A stretch of DNA of 64,000 bases from Prorocentrum cordatum (Eukaryota). The position numbers were made by a program, and so were the translations under genes. Positions within the stretch are counted from its first letter, which is position 1; every line of letters begins with the position of its first letter. The notes under the pieces are model-generated. The model was given only the letters and a program-made list of their open reading frames with translations, was not told where the DNA came from and did not search any database. Positions 25,501 to 39,364 of the stretch are shown one piece after another. The DNA is taken from contig CAUYUJ010000026.1 of assembly GCA_963575745.1 (NCBI GenBank), forward strand, positions 310,001 through 374,000. Reading direction: 5' to 3'.

Positions 25501-28500
25501 TTGGGCTGTCTTGGGCCAGCTTCGAGCCAACTTCGGCCATCTTGGTTTCCTGGCACGTCTGACGCCGTCGGGAGCCGTCTTGGGGGCCTTTCTGGGCCGA
25601 CTTGGGGCCCTCTTGGGGCACTTCGGGGCCGTCTTGGACGCCCATCTTGGGCGTCTTGGAGGCCATCTTGGGCGTGCTGGAGGCCTCTTGGGCCGTCTTG
25701 GGGCCCTCTTGGGGCCATCTTGGAGGCCACTTGGGCCGTCATGGGGCCCTCTTGGGGGCCTCTTGGGCAATCTTGGGGGCCTCTGGGGCCGTCTTGGGCC
25801 GTCGGAATGCCGAGAAGAAGCAAATTCCATAATCCTTCAAAAACCTAAGGAAAATCAATGATGTTGGCGTCTTCGGGCCCTCCTGGAGGACCTCTTGGAG
25901 GCCTCTTGGGCCGTCTGGGAGGCCTCTGGGGGGCCTCTTGGGCCGTCTTGGGCCGTCTTGGACTCCCTTGGGCCGTCTTGGAGGCCGTCTTGGACCATCT
26001 TGGGCGGACTTGGAGGCCATCTTGGGCCATCGTCGCGATTATTTGAGGATGGGATGTCCCGAGCGAAACGGCCGTTTCAGGGAGGATGTTTCGTGGAGCT
26101 TGCGGTCCTGGAAGAGCCTCCCGGTACCCCGGCGGGACGGGCCGAAGCGCCAGAAAACCGAAAGGATCCAGCACGCCATGCACCCGTGCGATGAATCAAC
26201 AGGGGGCGGTGGATCGAAGACGCCTACGGCGAATCACCGCCGCCCCCTGCCTTTGTGGAAGCGCCTATGTGGTCGAACGTTGAGGCCAGACCTGCACAGC
26301 TATCGGACCATGTGTTCCCCAAATCGGTTTGGAAAGCCTTCGGGGAACACGTGGGCATCTTGAAGGTCATCTTGGCCGCCTGGAGGCCATTTTGACCTTT
26401 TCGGGCCTTCTTGGAGGACGTCTTGGAGGGCTCTTGGGCCGTCTTGGAGGCCATTTTGAGCGTCTTGGAGGCCTCTTGGGCCGTCTTGGGGGCCTCTTGG
26501 GGCAGTCTTGGGGGCCTCTTGGGCCGTTCTGGGGCCATTGGGGCAGTCTTGGGGGCCTCTTGGGCCGTTCTGGGGCCATCTTGGAGGCCTCTTGGGCGAT
26601 CATTGGGCGATCTTTGAGAGCTCTTGGGCCGTATCGGGCCGTCGCAAGACCGAAACGAAGCAAATGTCAAAATCCTTCAAAAACCTTACGACAATCACTC
26701 TTTTTGGCCTTTTCTGGCCTTCCTGGATGCCCTCTTGGAGGCCTCTTGGGCCGTCTTGGGCAAGCTGCGAGCCACCTTCGGCCATCTTGATGAGCTCCTG
26801 GCCCGTCTGTCGCCGTCGGAAGCCGTTTCGGGTGCCTTTCTGGGCCGACTTGGGGCCCTCTTGGGGTGCTCCAGGGCCGTCTTAGAGGCCATCTTGGGCG
26901 TCTTCGAGGCCTCTTGGGCCGTCTTGGGGCCCTCTTGGGGCCGTCTCGGGGGCATCTTGGGCCGTCATGGGGCCGTCTTGGGGGCCTCTTGGGCGATCTT
27001 GGGGCGACCTTGGGGGCCTCTGGGGCCGTCACGGGCCGTCGGGAAGCCGAAAAGGCGCAAATGCCCAAATCTTTCAAAAACCTATGGAAATCAAGGATTT
27101 GGGCCTCGTCGGGCCTTCCTGGAGGACCTCTTGGAGGCCTCTTGGGCCGTCTTGGAGGCCTCTTGCGGGCCTTTTGGGCCGTCTTAGACAATATTGAGGC
27201 CATCTTGGGCCGTCTTGGATGCATCTTGGGGCCATCTTAGCCGTCTTGGCCATCTTGGCTGTCTTGGAGGCCATCTTGGAAGCCATCTTGGCTCGCTTGG
27301 AGGCATCTTGCGGGCCATCTTGGGCCATCTTCGCGATTTGTTGAGGATGTTCCGAGCGAAACGGCTGTTTTGGGCATTGACTGATGCAGTTTCCGGGTGG
27401 CCGGCGGGACGGGCCGGAGCCCACTGGGGAGTTCTTTTGGACAAAAGAACCAAAACCAAAACCGAGAGGGTTCAGCACGCCAGGCATCCCTGCGATGAAT
27501 CGACAGGGGGCGGCGGATCGAAGACGCCTACGGCGAATCACCGCCGCCCCCTGGCTTTTTGGAAGCGCCTATGTGGCCGAACGTTGAGGCCAGACCTGCC
27601 AAGCTATCGGACCACGTGTTCCCCGAATCGGTTTGGAAAGCCTTCGGGGAACACGTGGGCATCTTGAAGGTCATCTTGGCCGTCTTGGAGGCCTCTTGGG
27701 CAAGCTTTGGGCGATCTTTGCGGCTTTTTGGGCCGTCTCGGGCCAGCTTCGAGCCAACTTCGGCCATCTTGGTGGGTTCCTGGCACGTCTGAAGCCGTCG
27801 GAAGCCGTTTGGGGGGCCTCTATGGGCCAACTTGGGGCCCGCTTGGAAGGCCCAGGCGTCTTGGAGGCCATCTTGGGCGTGTTGGAGGCCTCTTGGGCCG
27901 TCTTGGGGCCCTCTAGGGGCCATCTTGGAGGCCACTTGGGCCATCAGGGGGCTCTCTTGGGGGCCTCTTGGGCGATCTTGGGGGCTTCTTGGGCCGTCTT
28001 GAGCCGTCGGAGAGCCGAAAAGGCGCAAATGCCAAAATCCTTCAAAACCAAGGGAAAATCAATGATTTTGCCCTCTTCGGACTCTCCTGGAGGACCTCTT
28101 GGAGGCCTCTTGGGCCGTCTGGGAGGCCTCTGGGGGGCCTCTTGGGCCGTCTTGGGCCGTCTTGGACTCTCTTGGGCCGTTTTGGAGTCCGTCTTGGACC
28201 ATCTCGGGCGGACTTGGAGGCCATCTTGGGCCATCTTCGCGATTTTTTGAGGATGTCCCGAGCGAAACGGCCGTTTTTGGGCATTGACATACGGATTTTC
28301 GGCAATTTACGCGTGGCCGGCGGGACGTGCCGGAGCCCACTGGGGAGTTCTTTTAGAAAAAGAACCAAAACCAAAACCTGAAACGTCCAGCACGCCGTGC
28401 ACCCCTGCAAGCAGGGGGCGGCGGATCGAAGACGCCTACGGCGAATCACCGCCGCCCCCTGCCTTTTTGGAAACGCCGATGTGGCCGAAAGTGGGACTAG

Positions 28501-29406
28501 AGCTTGGCCAAGCTATCGGACCATGAGTTCCCCGAGTCGGTTTGGAAAGCTTTCGGGGAACACATGGGAGAGAATGATTATGAACAGGAAGAGGAAGAGG
28601 AAGAAATAGAGTAGGAGGATGAGGGTTGTTAGGAGTCTCTTGGGGCACTTGGGGTCTGTTGGGGGCTTCTTGGGGGCCTCTTGGAGGCCTCTTGGAGGCA
28701 TCTTGGGGGCCTCCTTGGGCCTCTTGGGGGCCTTTGGGGGCTTCCTGGGGGTCTCTTTGGCCGTCTTAGGGCGTTCCTGGTCCGTCTGACGCCGTCTGGA
28801 GCCGTCTTGGGGGCCTCTCTGGCCGTCTTGGGGCCCTCTTGGGGCGCTTCAGGGCCGTCTTGGAGGCCATGTTGGGCGTCTTGGAGGCCTCTTGGGCCGT
28901 CTTGGGGCGCTCTTGGGGCCGTCTTGGGGGGCCCTTGGGCCGTCATAGTGCCTTCTTGGAGGCCTCTTGGGCGATCTTGGGGGCCTCTTGGGCCGTCGGA
29001 AGGCCGAAAAGAAGAAAACGCAAAAAACCTTCAAAAACCTAAGGAAAACCAATGATTTTGGCCTCTTCGGGCTCTCCTGGAGAACGTCTTGGAGGCCTCT
29101 TGGGCCATCTTGGAGGCATCTTGGGGCCATCTTTGCCGTCTTGGAGGGCATCTTGGGCCGTCTTGGAGGCATCTTGGAGCCATCTTAGCCGTCTTAGAGA
29201 CCATCCTGGCCGTCTTAGAGGCATCTTGGAGGCCATCTTGGAACCGTATGGGGCAGGAAATTGGGGAATTGAGCTCCTGGGCATCCTTTCCGGGTGGCCG
29301 GCGGGACGGGCCGAAGCCCACTGGGGAGTTCTTTTAGAAAAAGAACCAAAACCAAAACCTGAAACGTCCAGCACGCCGTGCACCCCTGCAAGCAGGGGGC
29401 GGCGGA
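19517..29406 (-). mobile_element. Head-to-tail concatemer of ~9 non-coding Helitron/Helentron-like units filled with TCTTGG-type satellite
   Basis: The junction CAGCACGCC..CACCCCTG..CAGGGGGCGGCGGA|TCGAAGACGCCTACGGCGAATCACCGCCGCCCCCTG recurs at ~21266, 22235, 22917, 23498, 24692, 26213, 27517 and 28425. The array starts exactly at TCGAAGACGCC (19517) and ends at GGCGGA (29406). Interiors are 9-10 bp GGCCGTCTTG/GGCCTCTTG repeats. The repeat structure is clear; the transposon class is inferred. Confidence 0.75.
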
Positions 29407-29920
29407 TCCTAGTGGCCTTCGGCCCATCCCGCCACCGTGCCTGGGTTGTGGGTTATATGTGCTTGGGTGTCGTGGGAAGCCTTTCAGAAGCATCCTGGAG
29501 GCCGGTTTGGCGCCTCTTGGGGGCCTCTTGGGGCCTCGTGCGGTATCTTTCGGTTCTCTTGGAGGGCTCTCTGGCGCCTCTTGGGGCGCCTCTTGGGGCG
29601 CCTCTTGGGGCATCTTGGGGCCTCTTGGCGCCGTCTTGTGGCCTCCCGGGGGCTTCTCGGAGCGCTTCTTGGACCATCTTGGGGCCCTATTTGGCTGTCT
29701 TGGGGGCCTCGTGGAGGCGTCTTGGGCTGTCTTGGCGCGGTTTGGGGAGCTTCTTGAGCCGTCCTGGAGCGTCGAAGAGCCGGAAATGCGAGAAAGCCGA
29801 CATCCTTCAAAAACCCTTGTAAAATCTACGATTTTGGCCTATTGGGGCTCTCTCGGGAGGCCTCTTGGAGCGCTCTTGGGGCCCTCTTGGGCCGTCTTGG
29901 AATCATCTCTGGGCACCTTG
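29407..29920 (-). mobile_element. Related rolling-circle-like unit of a different subfamily abutting the array; far end not found
   Basis: Begins TCCTAGT-GGCCTTCGGCC-CATCCCGCCACCG (7 nt, hairpin, subterminal motif), followed by CTCTTGG satellite. Confidence 0.55.
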
Positions 29921-29924
29921 GAGT

Positions 29925-30250
29925 TGGCCTCGGCAGTGCGAATATGGAATAATTTTCACGAGTTTATGGCCTCGGGCACGCGAATATGTTTTACATGTGC
30001 GAGGATATGTTGCCTTGGGGATGCAAGAATTGCATGCTTTGCAAGGGCTTGTGGCCTCGAGGAGGCGAGCATTCTATAATTTAGCATGGATTATGGCTTC
30101 GGGGGCGCGAGCACGGCGTGATTTACGAAGGTTTGTTGCCTCGGGGGCGCAACAATTGCATACATTACAAAGGTTTGTGGCTTCGGGGACGCGAGCATTG
30201 TGCAATTTTCGCTGGATTTGGGCATCGGGGGCGCGAATATCGCGTATTTG
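29925..30250. repeat. Degenerate ~40-bp tandem repeat
   Basis: GGC(C/T)TCGGGGGCGCGA-like motif recurs about eight times, separated by AT-rich spacers. Confidence 0.65.
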
Positions 30251-31941
30251 ATGTGTCCCACGCCCGCCCTGGGAATTCAGGCAACGTGATTTGACGTGGT
30301 ACATGTGCTGGTTTGGGGCGGACAGTAAGTCCGGATTGTAACATTGGAGACTTGAAACTGCAATTGGCGCAGGGAGCAGCAACCTAATCCTGCAGCGTGC
30401 AAAGGGGCCAGCGGATACGGGCTGACAGCAAGAATAATCTGTCAGAGCTCCGTGTGGATTCATTAGAGCGGCCCTGGACCCTTGTGGCGGCGCCTCCTGC
30501 GCCGCCCCTGTCGCGCTCCGCACACCAGTCAGAGGGTCTAGCGCCGATCCAAGAGATTCGCGCGAACCTCCTTCGGGACGCCCCCCTCCTATAGCATGAA
30601 GCGCTGGAGGGTGCCAACCCAGATCTCTGACAAGATGTATTATGCAGTCCAAGCGTTTTTCCTGGATTCCGGCCTCCTGGGCCCATCATCGGGCCCCAGG
30701 GGGATCAGGACCGGATTTGCTGCGCAAAGCTGGCCCTGGGGAATGGGTTGAGACCTCTGGGCTGCGGATCGAAACAAATCAGGTTGGCGGATGTTAGGGA
30801 ATGTGGCTTCGGCCTAACCTAGCATACGAGAGGGCTACAAGTGCCATGGGCGGCTCTCAGGGGAGGTAGGGATCTGGGCCAAGTGGGCTCCGCCCACTCG
30901 GCGGAGTGATCTGCCCCCCTGGGCCGCCTTGGGGCACTTGTAGCCCACTGATAGCTCGGTCAGGTCAGATATGTACCCAGCGTAACCTCCGCTTCTCACC
31001 CACCTATCACCGCAGCGCCCCTCGCGCTGATCCAAGCGGCCCTCTTCTCGGCGTGGCAGGTAAGCTCGACTGGAGCATTTCCGTGATCTTCGGGATCTTT
31101 GGTGCCCTCGCTGGGCCCCGCGGACCGCCAGAAGACGGCTCGGGATGCAAAACAGGCCCGCTCTGGACATTTGGTGGTCCACGCTGGAAAAAAAACGCGA
31201 CGTCGGAGATCTGGGTCATTGTCATCGTCATCGTCATCGTCGATTCGGCCCCCGCCGCTTCGCATCGCCCAGCCGGCGGGCCGCCGTCGAGAGGATCGTC
31301 GGCCACGGGCCCTGGCTCGCCGCCTCCCCCTGCCTGGCTCGCCCTCCTGCCTTACCTCAGCGCGCGTTGCGCGCCGCCAAAGGGTCCTTCTGAAGAGGGC
31401 TGCTCACTGTACGATTCGATCCACCCCGATCATCTCCGCCGCGATCCGCGATCCAAAGCCACCCGATCCCGATCCGGCCCTGCGTCGAAACGCTCTGGTC
31501 GTTGAAAGTAGGTGTTGCTGGATGCCCAGGTCCTGATCGACTTTAGGTGCCTTCCTGCTTCAAGGGTCCCGCGGTCTGCCCCCCTCCTCCTCCTCCTTCT
31601 CCTCCTCCTCCTCCTCCTCCTCCTCCTCCTCCTCTCCCTCTTCAGGGGGAGGGCGGAAGCCCAATCCATGTTTCGAGCGGTTTGCCCTCCTCCGCCTCCT
31701 CCTCCTCTTCCTCCTCTTCCTCCTCCTCCTCCTCCTCCTCCTCCTCCTCCTCTTCCCTCCTCCTCAGGGGGCGGGCGGACACCCAATCTTTTTTCGACGC
31801 CGTCCTGCTTCACTGTTTCGGGCTGCTTCTTCCGGCCGACGCGTGCAGGCGCGAGCCGAGCCGTTGCCAGTCCGAGCCGGCCTCGCGAGTCGACCCTGGC
31901 TAAGGTCTCGCCCGTCTTGGCACGAAGGAGAGCAGTCTGAA

Positions 31942-33406
<1,465 letters not shown>

Positions 33407-33742
33407 TTAATCTTAGCACGAAGGAGAGCGGTCCTGCAGGACGGGGCCATGGGATCGTTTCGCCGTCGCCTGGCCCTCAAGGGGGTCGTCAGAAGCGACG
33501 CTCGCTGCGCGGGGCTGGCTCCTCGAGGAAAGCTGTCCAGGTCTGGGGGTGGTTGGAAATGCCTGTGGAGCCACAAGAGATACGTGCCCATGCGCAGGGC
33601 AACCTCTTGGCGAATGCTGCCGACATGCGTCACTGACGTATGCTCTTGTGACATGGTCCTGATGGATTGCAGTGGATGTCGATTCTTGACGTGCGCAGTT
33701 GGTGCGTCTTGTGTGTTTAGTGATGCACGTTGTTGGCGTGTA

Positions 33743-33980
33743 TTGCGAAGGCCTTACGGCCGGTGCCGCCGACCCTGCACGGCGGCGACAACCACGACCA
33801 CAACGACGAAGCGTTCGGGGGCCTCCTGGGGGTAGCTTGGGGGCCCCTTAGATTGGGGGCCCCCTGGGAAGATCTTGGGGGCCGCTCGGGGGCCTCGTGG
33901 GGGCCTTTTGGGACTTCCTGGGGGTCTCTGGGGGGCCTCTTGGGGCCTCTTGGGCTCGCCGCGCGTCGCTGGGCGCTTCC
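33743..33980 (-). mobile_element. End of another element of the same family; other end not identified
   Basis: A|TTGCGAA-GGCCTTACGGCC-GGTGCCGCCGACCCTG, nearly identical to 32050-32084, followed by GGGGCCTCTTGG satellite. Confidence 0.6.
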
Positions 33981-36504
33981 CGCGCGGCCCCCCGCTTGGC
34001 CGCGGCTGGCCCCCGCCTGCCCGCGCCCCCCTCCGTCTCCCGGGCCCCCGCGCCCCGCCCGGCAGCGCGCGTCCAGCCGCGCTCGAGCCCGCCGCCGCTG
34101 CCGCCGTCGACGTCGTCGCCGTCGTTGCGCGTCGTCGTCGTCGTCGTCGTCGTCACTTCGAGCCCTCCTCCTCCTCCTCCTCCTCCTCCTCCTCCTCCTC
34201 CTCCTTCTCCTTCTCGGCCCCATCGGGGGGCGCCCGGCCGCGTCCGAGCTCGTCGTCGCCCGTCGTGCCGCCGTCGTTGTTCGTCGTCGTCCCGTCGCCC
34301 ACCGCCGCCCGCCTGTTGCGGCAGGTTCGCGTCGTGTCGGCGCGGCGGCGGCCCCGCCGCAGGCGCTCAAGGCGGAATGCCGTCAGTGGCCTGGAATCGG
34401 CCAGCACTCACCGAGCGCGTTCCACTACTCGCAGAGTGCCTATCGCAAACGTCCGAATAGCAAACGTCCGAAGGACAGGCGTCTGTTGCGATGGACTTTC
34501 TCGAGCATCCCCCGCGACGGATTCAGGCCAATTTGCGAGTAGTCCCTTGCGAGTAGTTTGCACGCGCTCGCCTCTTATACGGAACGATCCGACGTTCGAG
34601 AGGCCGCCCAACCGTGGCAGGTTTAGGGGGGGCTGGGTGGGGGGTGGTGGGCCGCGGTGTGGGGGTGGAGGGGGGGCCGTCTTGGGTGGTTTCTCTTGGT
34701 CCTTAGTTTGGTGTGCTGAGTTCGTGTGTTGTTTTGTTGTTTGTTTAGTTCTTCTTGTTCAGACTTTGATCGTGGCAGTGTTGTTTGCGCGGAAGGTATT
34801 TTTTTTTGGTTTTTTATTGTTCTTGTGTTATTTTACTTTTTTCGGAGGGGGGGTGTCAGGGGTGGTTGGTTCTTTTTCTTGTTCTTTTTTTTTTGTTCCT
34901 TTTTGTCTTCTTTTTTTTGAACGACCCACGCGGTGTCAGAAGCCAACGTGGGAGTCCAAGGTCCAAGATACGAACCTGCCATTTGTTGCATCTCCAGGGG
35001 GCTTATCCTGTCCAGGAACTGGCGGTCATGTCTTGCACTGCCAGCGTGGGTCCGGCGCAGACTCGACGCGGATCCGGCGCGGTTTGTACACGCGGATTCG
35101 ACGTGCACTCGACGCGAATCCGAGTCGGACAGCTGTGGCGCAATGGAACAGGCGGGGCCTCCCGAAAATGCAAAACGTCGTCTTGCCAGGCGCTTGGACC
35201 GCGCGCAACGGCCCCGAGAGCTCAGCGGGCAGAGCGTCGCGGCGAACTTCGTGCTCACGCTCGAAGCAGGCGCCGCCAGCTGCTCGCGCCGCCCACTAGC
35301 CAACGGGGCGCCTGCGACCGATGCCGTCTTCCTGGAGCTCAGATGTCGGGGGCACGCCTGGGAATCCGAGCCTGTCTCCTCTTAGGCGATCGCAAACATG
35401 GATTAAGTGGGCGTGGATTAGCGACGGGTCCAGTTTCCATAGGACATCGCGGATTTCCACCGCCGAACGAGGCGGCATCGGCCGCATTTTGGGGAGGGCA
35501 CCTCCCCCGATCCATGGATTTGGCGACCGCGCGCCAAGTCCATGGATCGCTAATCCATGTCTGTGCGCCCCCGAGATTCGGGCCTCCGGGGCCCGTTGGT
35601 GGGCACAAGGGCCATCAAACACGGATCCGGAAGCGGTCGTAACCTTGATTGAAAATATCCGATCGGCGGATGTGAGGGGTGAGGATTCGGGGTGACCGCA
35701 TGGTTTTGGGATTTGGGTCCTTCTCCGAGGACGCATCGGGCGTCTGGGGCCTCCAGGGTCCCAAGACCGTGTGGTGATGGTACCATGTGACGAGATCTCT
35801 TGGGTTTTCGAGGTCACCTCACGGTCGCCGCATCGTTGCGGGACCCCTACGTTCCCGCAGCCCCCTCGCGCCGAGGGCCTCGTCCTCGATTGGTCGCAGT
35901 AGTTGGCGCCTCTTCCTCCTTGGCAGGATCTGGTGGAAGCGGAGCGGCAGCGGGCTCGTTGGCGGAAGCCGCCAGACGCAGAAGTCGGCCCTCCAGGAGA
36001 TGCATTCTTTTTTGGAGTCGGGGTTTTCTCCTCCCTCCTCCTCCTCCTCCTCCTCCTCCTCCTTCTCCTCCTCCTCCTCCTCCTCCTCCTCCTCCTCCGC
36101 ATCCTTCTCCCCTCCTCTTTCTCCTCCGCCTCCTCCTCCTCCTCCTCCTCCTCCTCCTCCTCCTCCTCCTCCTCCTGTGGGCGCAAGGATCAGCCTTCAT
36201 GGGGGCCCCTGTTGGGCCATGGGACCGTCAGAGAGCGGCCCGGGATGGAGGAGCAAAAGCATGTCCCCGGAGAAGGGGCCGACGCTGCAGACAAAGTCAC
36301 GGCTTCGGCGATCAGGGCTTGTCCTCGACGTCAATTTCGTTTTTGTTACTCCTCCGGGGGGGCGCTTCGGAGGCTCTTGCCAACGCGGCGGGGCGCGGCT
36401 CGACAACCCGGCCAGAGCGGCCCCCACGGCAGGGGCTCCGTCCAGGCCGCCCAGTGTGGGGCCAGAGCAGGGGTCGCAGGATCGGGCCGCATCGGCGATG
36501 CGGC

Positions 36505-36623
36505 GTCATAATCATCAGCATCATTATCTTCATCAGCAGCATCAGCATCAGCATAGTCATAGTCAGAGTCAGAGTCAGAGTCAGAGTCAGAGTCAGAGTC
36601 ATAGTCATCATCATCATCATCAG

Positions 36624-36655
<32 letters not shown>

Positions 36656-36744
36656 GCAGCATCAGCATCAGCATCATCAGCATCAGCATCCGCATCAGCA
36701 TCCGCATCAGCATCAGCGTCAGCGTCAGCATCAGCATCAGCATT

Positions 36745-36807
<63 letters not shown>

Positions 36808-36810
36808 GTC
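36505..36810. repeat. Compound (CAT)/(CAG)/(CAGAGT) microsatellite
   Basis: Directly visible. Confidence 0.95.
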
Positions 36811-36909
36811 CGTTTTTCCTTCCTTGCTGCGCGCTCTGAGTTCCGCTCGCATCGCTTCTCCCGCCCGCCCACATACACCCTACGGTGAGGGCAGTGGAGA
36901 AGGAACTAG

Positions 36910-37026
36910 TGGATCAGGAATCCAGGGTCTGGGAGCCAGTTGAACACACATTGAAGCTTGGCCATGGATATTACCACCGCTGCTCCCATGAGAGAAGGAG
37001 TCCCCCCAGGGTCTGAAGCCTCCTGG
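36910..37026 (-). mobile_element. MITE family A, internal fragment in reverse orientation
   Basis: Reverse complement of GGAGGCTTCAGACCCTGG..GCGGTGGTAATATCCATGGCCAAGCTT..CAGACCCTGGATTCC. Confidence 0.6.
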
Positions 37027-37635
37027 TCGGGGGCTGCTAAAGGTGCCTCCCGTGTTTCGTTCAATGTTTGGGCTCCCAGGGCCCTCTGGACCTCGTTAGG
37101 GGTGCTCTGGAGGCCGTGGGGGCCTCCCTGAAAATCCTGGGGGCACCATTGGCCAGGGGCACTTCTGGCAGCACCCGAACTCCGTCTTCCTGTCCTCCTT
37201 TCCCCCTTGTGTTGATGAGTCGTGGGTTTCCACTCCTCATTATCCTCCTCCTCCTCCTTCTCCTCCTCCTCCTCCTCCTCCTCCTCCTCCTCCTCCTCCT
37301 CCTCCTCCTCCTTCTCTCCCTCTCTGCACTGCAGCGTCGTCGGCCTGCACGCGCCCGCCCGCGCGGGCTGCCAAACGCAACCATAAAGCAACTGATCTCC
37401 TTTTTTTATCTAACCCAAAAACTGCGGCTCGCAGGCAGGAGGGGGTTCAGCGAAGGGACTTCCTCTTGAGATCCGACGTAATTTCCTCCATCCCGACGTC
37501 GCTTGTGCATCTTCGACACACGGTCGGTGCTGGCCAGCCGCTTCTCGGCGCGACGCGCGAGCCACTTCCCAGCCCCCCAGCGTCAACGTTCCGAGCCTGT
37601 CCCAACCTCACGCCCCGCGGAGCGGAGCAACACGC

Positions 37636-37811
37636 TACGGTGGGGGCGTTCGTGAAGGAATGCGTCCAGGAGGCTTCAGACCCTGGAGGGTTCCTTATCC
37701 GATGGATGAGGGCGGCGGTGATATCCATGGCCAAGCTTAGATTGGAGTTCCACCGGTCTCCAGACCCTGAATTCCTTATCGAAGGTTGCCTTATCCAATG
37801 CCCCCACCGTG
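37636..37811. mobile_element. MITE family A copy
   Basis: TACGGTGGGGGCGTTCGTGAAGG ... CCTTATCCAATGCCCCCACCGT. Confidence 0.8.
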
Positions 37812-37817
37812 CCCAGA

Positions 37818-37940
37818 CCCCGACGTCATGATTTTTCATTGCGTCGACCCCTAGAGTTCTCGACACATTCCCCCGGACCGGTTTTTCATCCTGAGTCGTT
37901 TTTTGACGGACCCGAGGGCCGGTCAGGGCCCCCAGAGGCC
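37818..37940. repeat. Dispersed ~120-bp repeat; other copies at ~42620-42710, 47072-47190, 48544-48660 and, reversed, 57985-58104
   Basis: Shared CCCCGACG..ATGATTTTTCA..CCCCGG(G)ACC..TTTCATCC(T/C)GA..TGACGG..GGGCC. Confidence 0.7.
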
Positions 37941-38805
37941 GAACATCGCACCCGAGGGGGTCTGGGTGTGCGCCCTCCGGGCATAACCTGTCGCCGGGAC
38001 CGCCGCCGCGACACGCTGAGGGACACGGTGCGGTCTTCCGACCCCTTCTCCTTCGTCCTGCCTCGGCGCAGCGCGGGGGGGGGAGGGGGGCACGCGGCGC
38101 GGGGGGGGTGGGGGGGGGGCGTCCTGGCGGGGCGGCTGTGGTCGCCAGGGCGGGCGAGCGCCGTGGCTCCGATCCTCCTCGACCCTCCTCGATCCTCGAT
38201 CCTCCTCGATATGGCTCAATCCTCCTCCCTCCCTCCTCCGCCTCCTCCGCCCTCCGTGTGTTATTTCTGCTTGTCAACGGGGTGGCCGCCGCCGCTGTGC
38301 CGGCACCTGCCGCACGGCGGGTGCGGAGGGTGGCGGAGGCGAAGGGCGGGAAGGTCGGAGGGGCTCGACATGTGCCCCAGGTCTCTTGGTCGGCTGGGGA
38401 GCCAAAAGCAGTTCGGCTCGGCGGTGAAGGTCGGAGTATGTAGCGCCCCGCAGTTGCGGGTAAGAGTGAGGGGGCGGCGGGCGGGGTCGCGGGCGGGTCG
38501 AGGCTGGGTCGCGGGTGAGCCGTGGGTGGGTCGTGGGTGGGTCGCGGGGTGGGTCGCGGGTGGGTCGCGGGGTGGGTCGCGGGGTGGGTCAAGGGGTGGG
38601 TCAAGGGGCGGGTCGCGGGCGAGGACGACGACAGCAAAGAACAGCATCAGCAGCAGCAGTAGCAGCAGCAGCAACAAGAACAACATCAATCCGCACCGCT
38701 GAACCCTCTTCAGCCACGCGCCCAGGGACAGTGAAATCCCGCTCGGCCCCCTCACTCTAGTGGACGCTCCAGCTTCCCCCATGCGGGGCAGGTGGCGCGT
38801 CCAAA

Positions 38806-39364
38806 CTCGGCCACGCGCAGAGGGGGGGTAGGGCGAGGGGGGAAGGCTTCTTGGAACCACCCCTGCTTCATAGAAGGCGCCAGCCTTCTCCATAGACGTA
38901 AGGCCAGGGCCTACTAAGAATCAGGGTGCTGGTAAGAAGCCTTCCCCCCTCCCCCTATATACCCCCCTGTACGCGCCGCCAACCAAACACCGAGCTCCTT
39001 GGCCGACCGAGCGACGCTGTGCGCAGACTGAGCCCCTCCCGGAAGGCGCGCCGCGGACTCTTCAGGGGGAGGCCTCGCGAGGGCGCGGAGAGGGAGCTTC
39101 ACGTCGGGCACCGCGGGGCGCCGCGAGGCGCGACGCCTGGTGGCCCAGGACTGCGAGCTCGCGCGCGGGCCGTTCGCGTCACGAGCCAAGCTCGGCCACG
39201 CGCAGAGGAGGGTTAGGGCCAGGGGGACCGGCTTCTTAGAGGCACCCCTGCCTGTCAGAAGGCGCGGGCCTTGTCTACAGATGTGGGGCCGGCGCCTTCT
39301 AAGAAGCAGCCTCCTTCTGAGAAGCCTCCCCCCCTCCCCCTGCCCCCCTTGTGCGCGCCGCCGA
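38806..39364. mobile_element. Two copies (38806-38982, 39191-39364) of a ~175-bp MITE-like fold-back repeat
   Basis: Both start CTCGGCCACGCGCAGAGG..GGCTTCTT and end with the imperfect inverse AGAAGCC..CCCCCTCCCCCT..CCCCCT..GCGCCGCC. Related AGAAG/CTTCT motifs occur at 58250-58430. Confidence 0.65.

Noticed and set aside
19517..29406. CRISPR-like array (conserved repeat with variable spacers) or real genes in the many overlapping ORFs
   Set aside because: The 'spacers' are 0.5-1.5 kb, mutually homologous simple repeats, and there are no cas genes. The ORFs (LGPSWRPLG...) are translations of a stop-poor 9-10 bp repeat.
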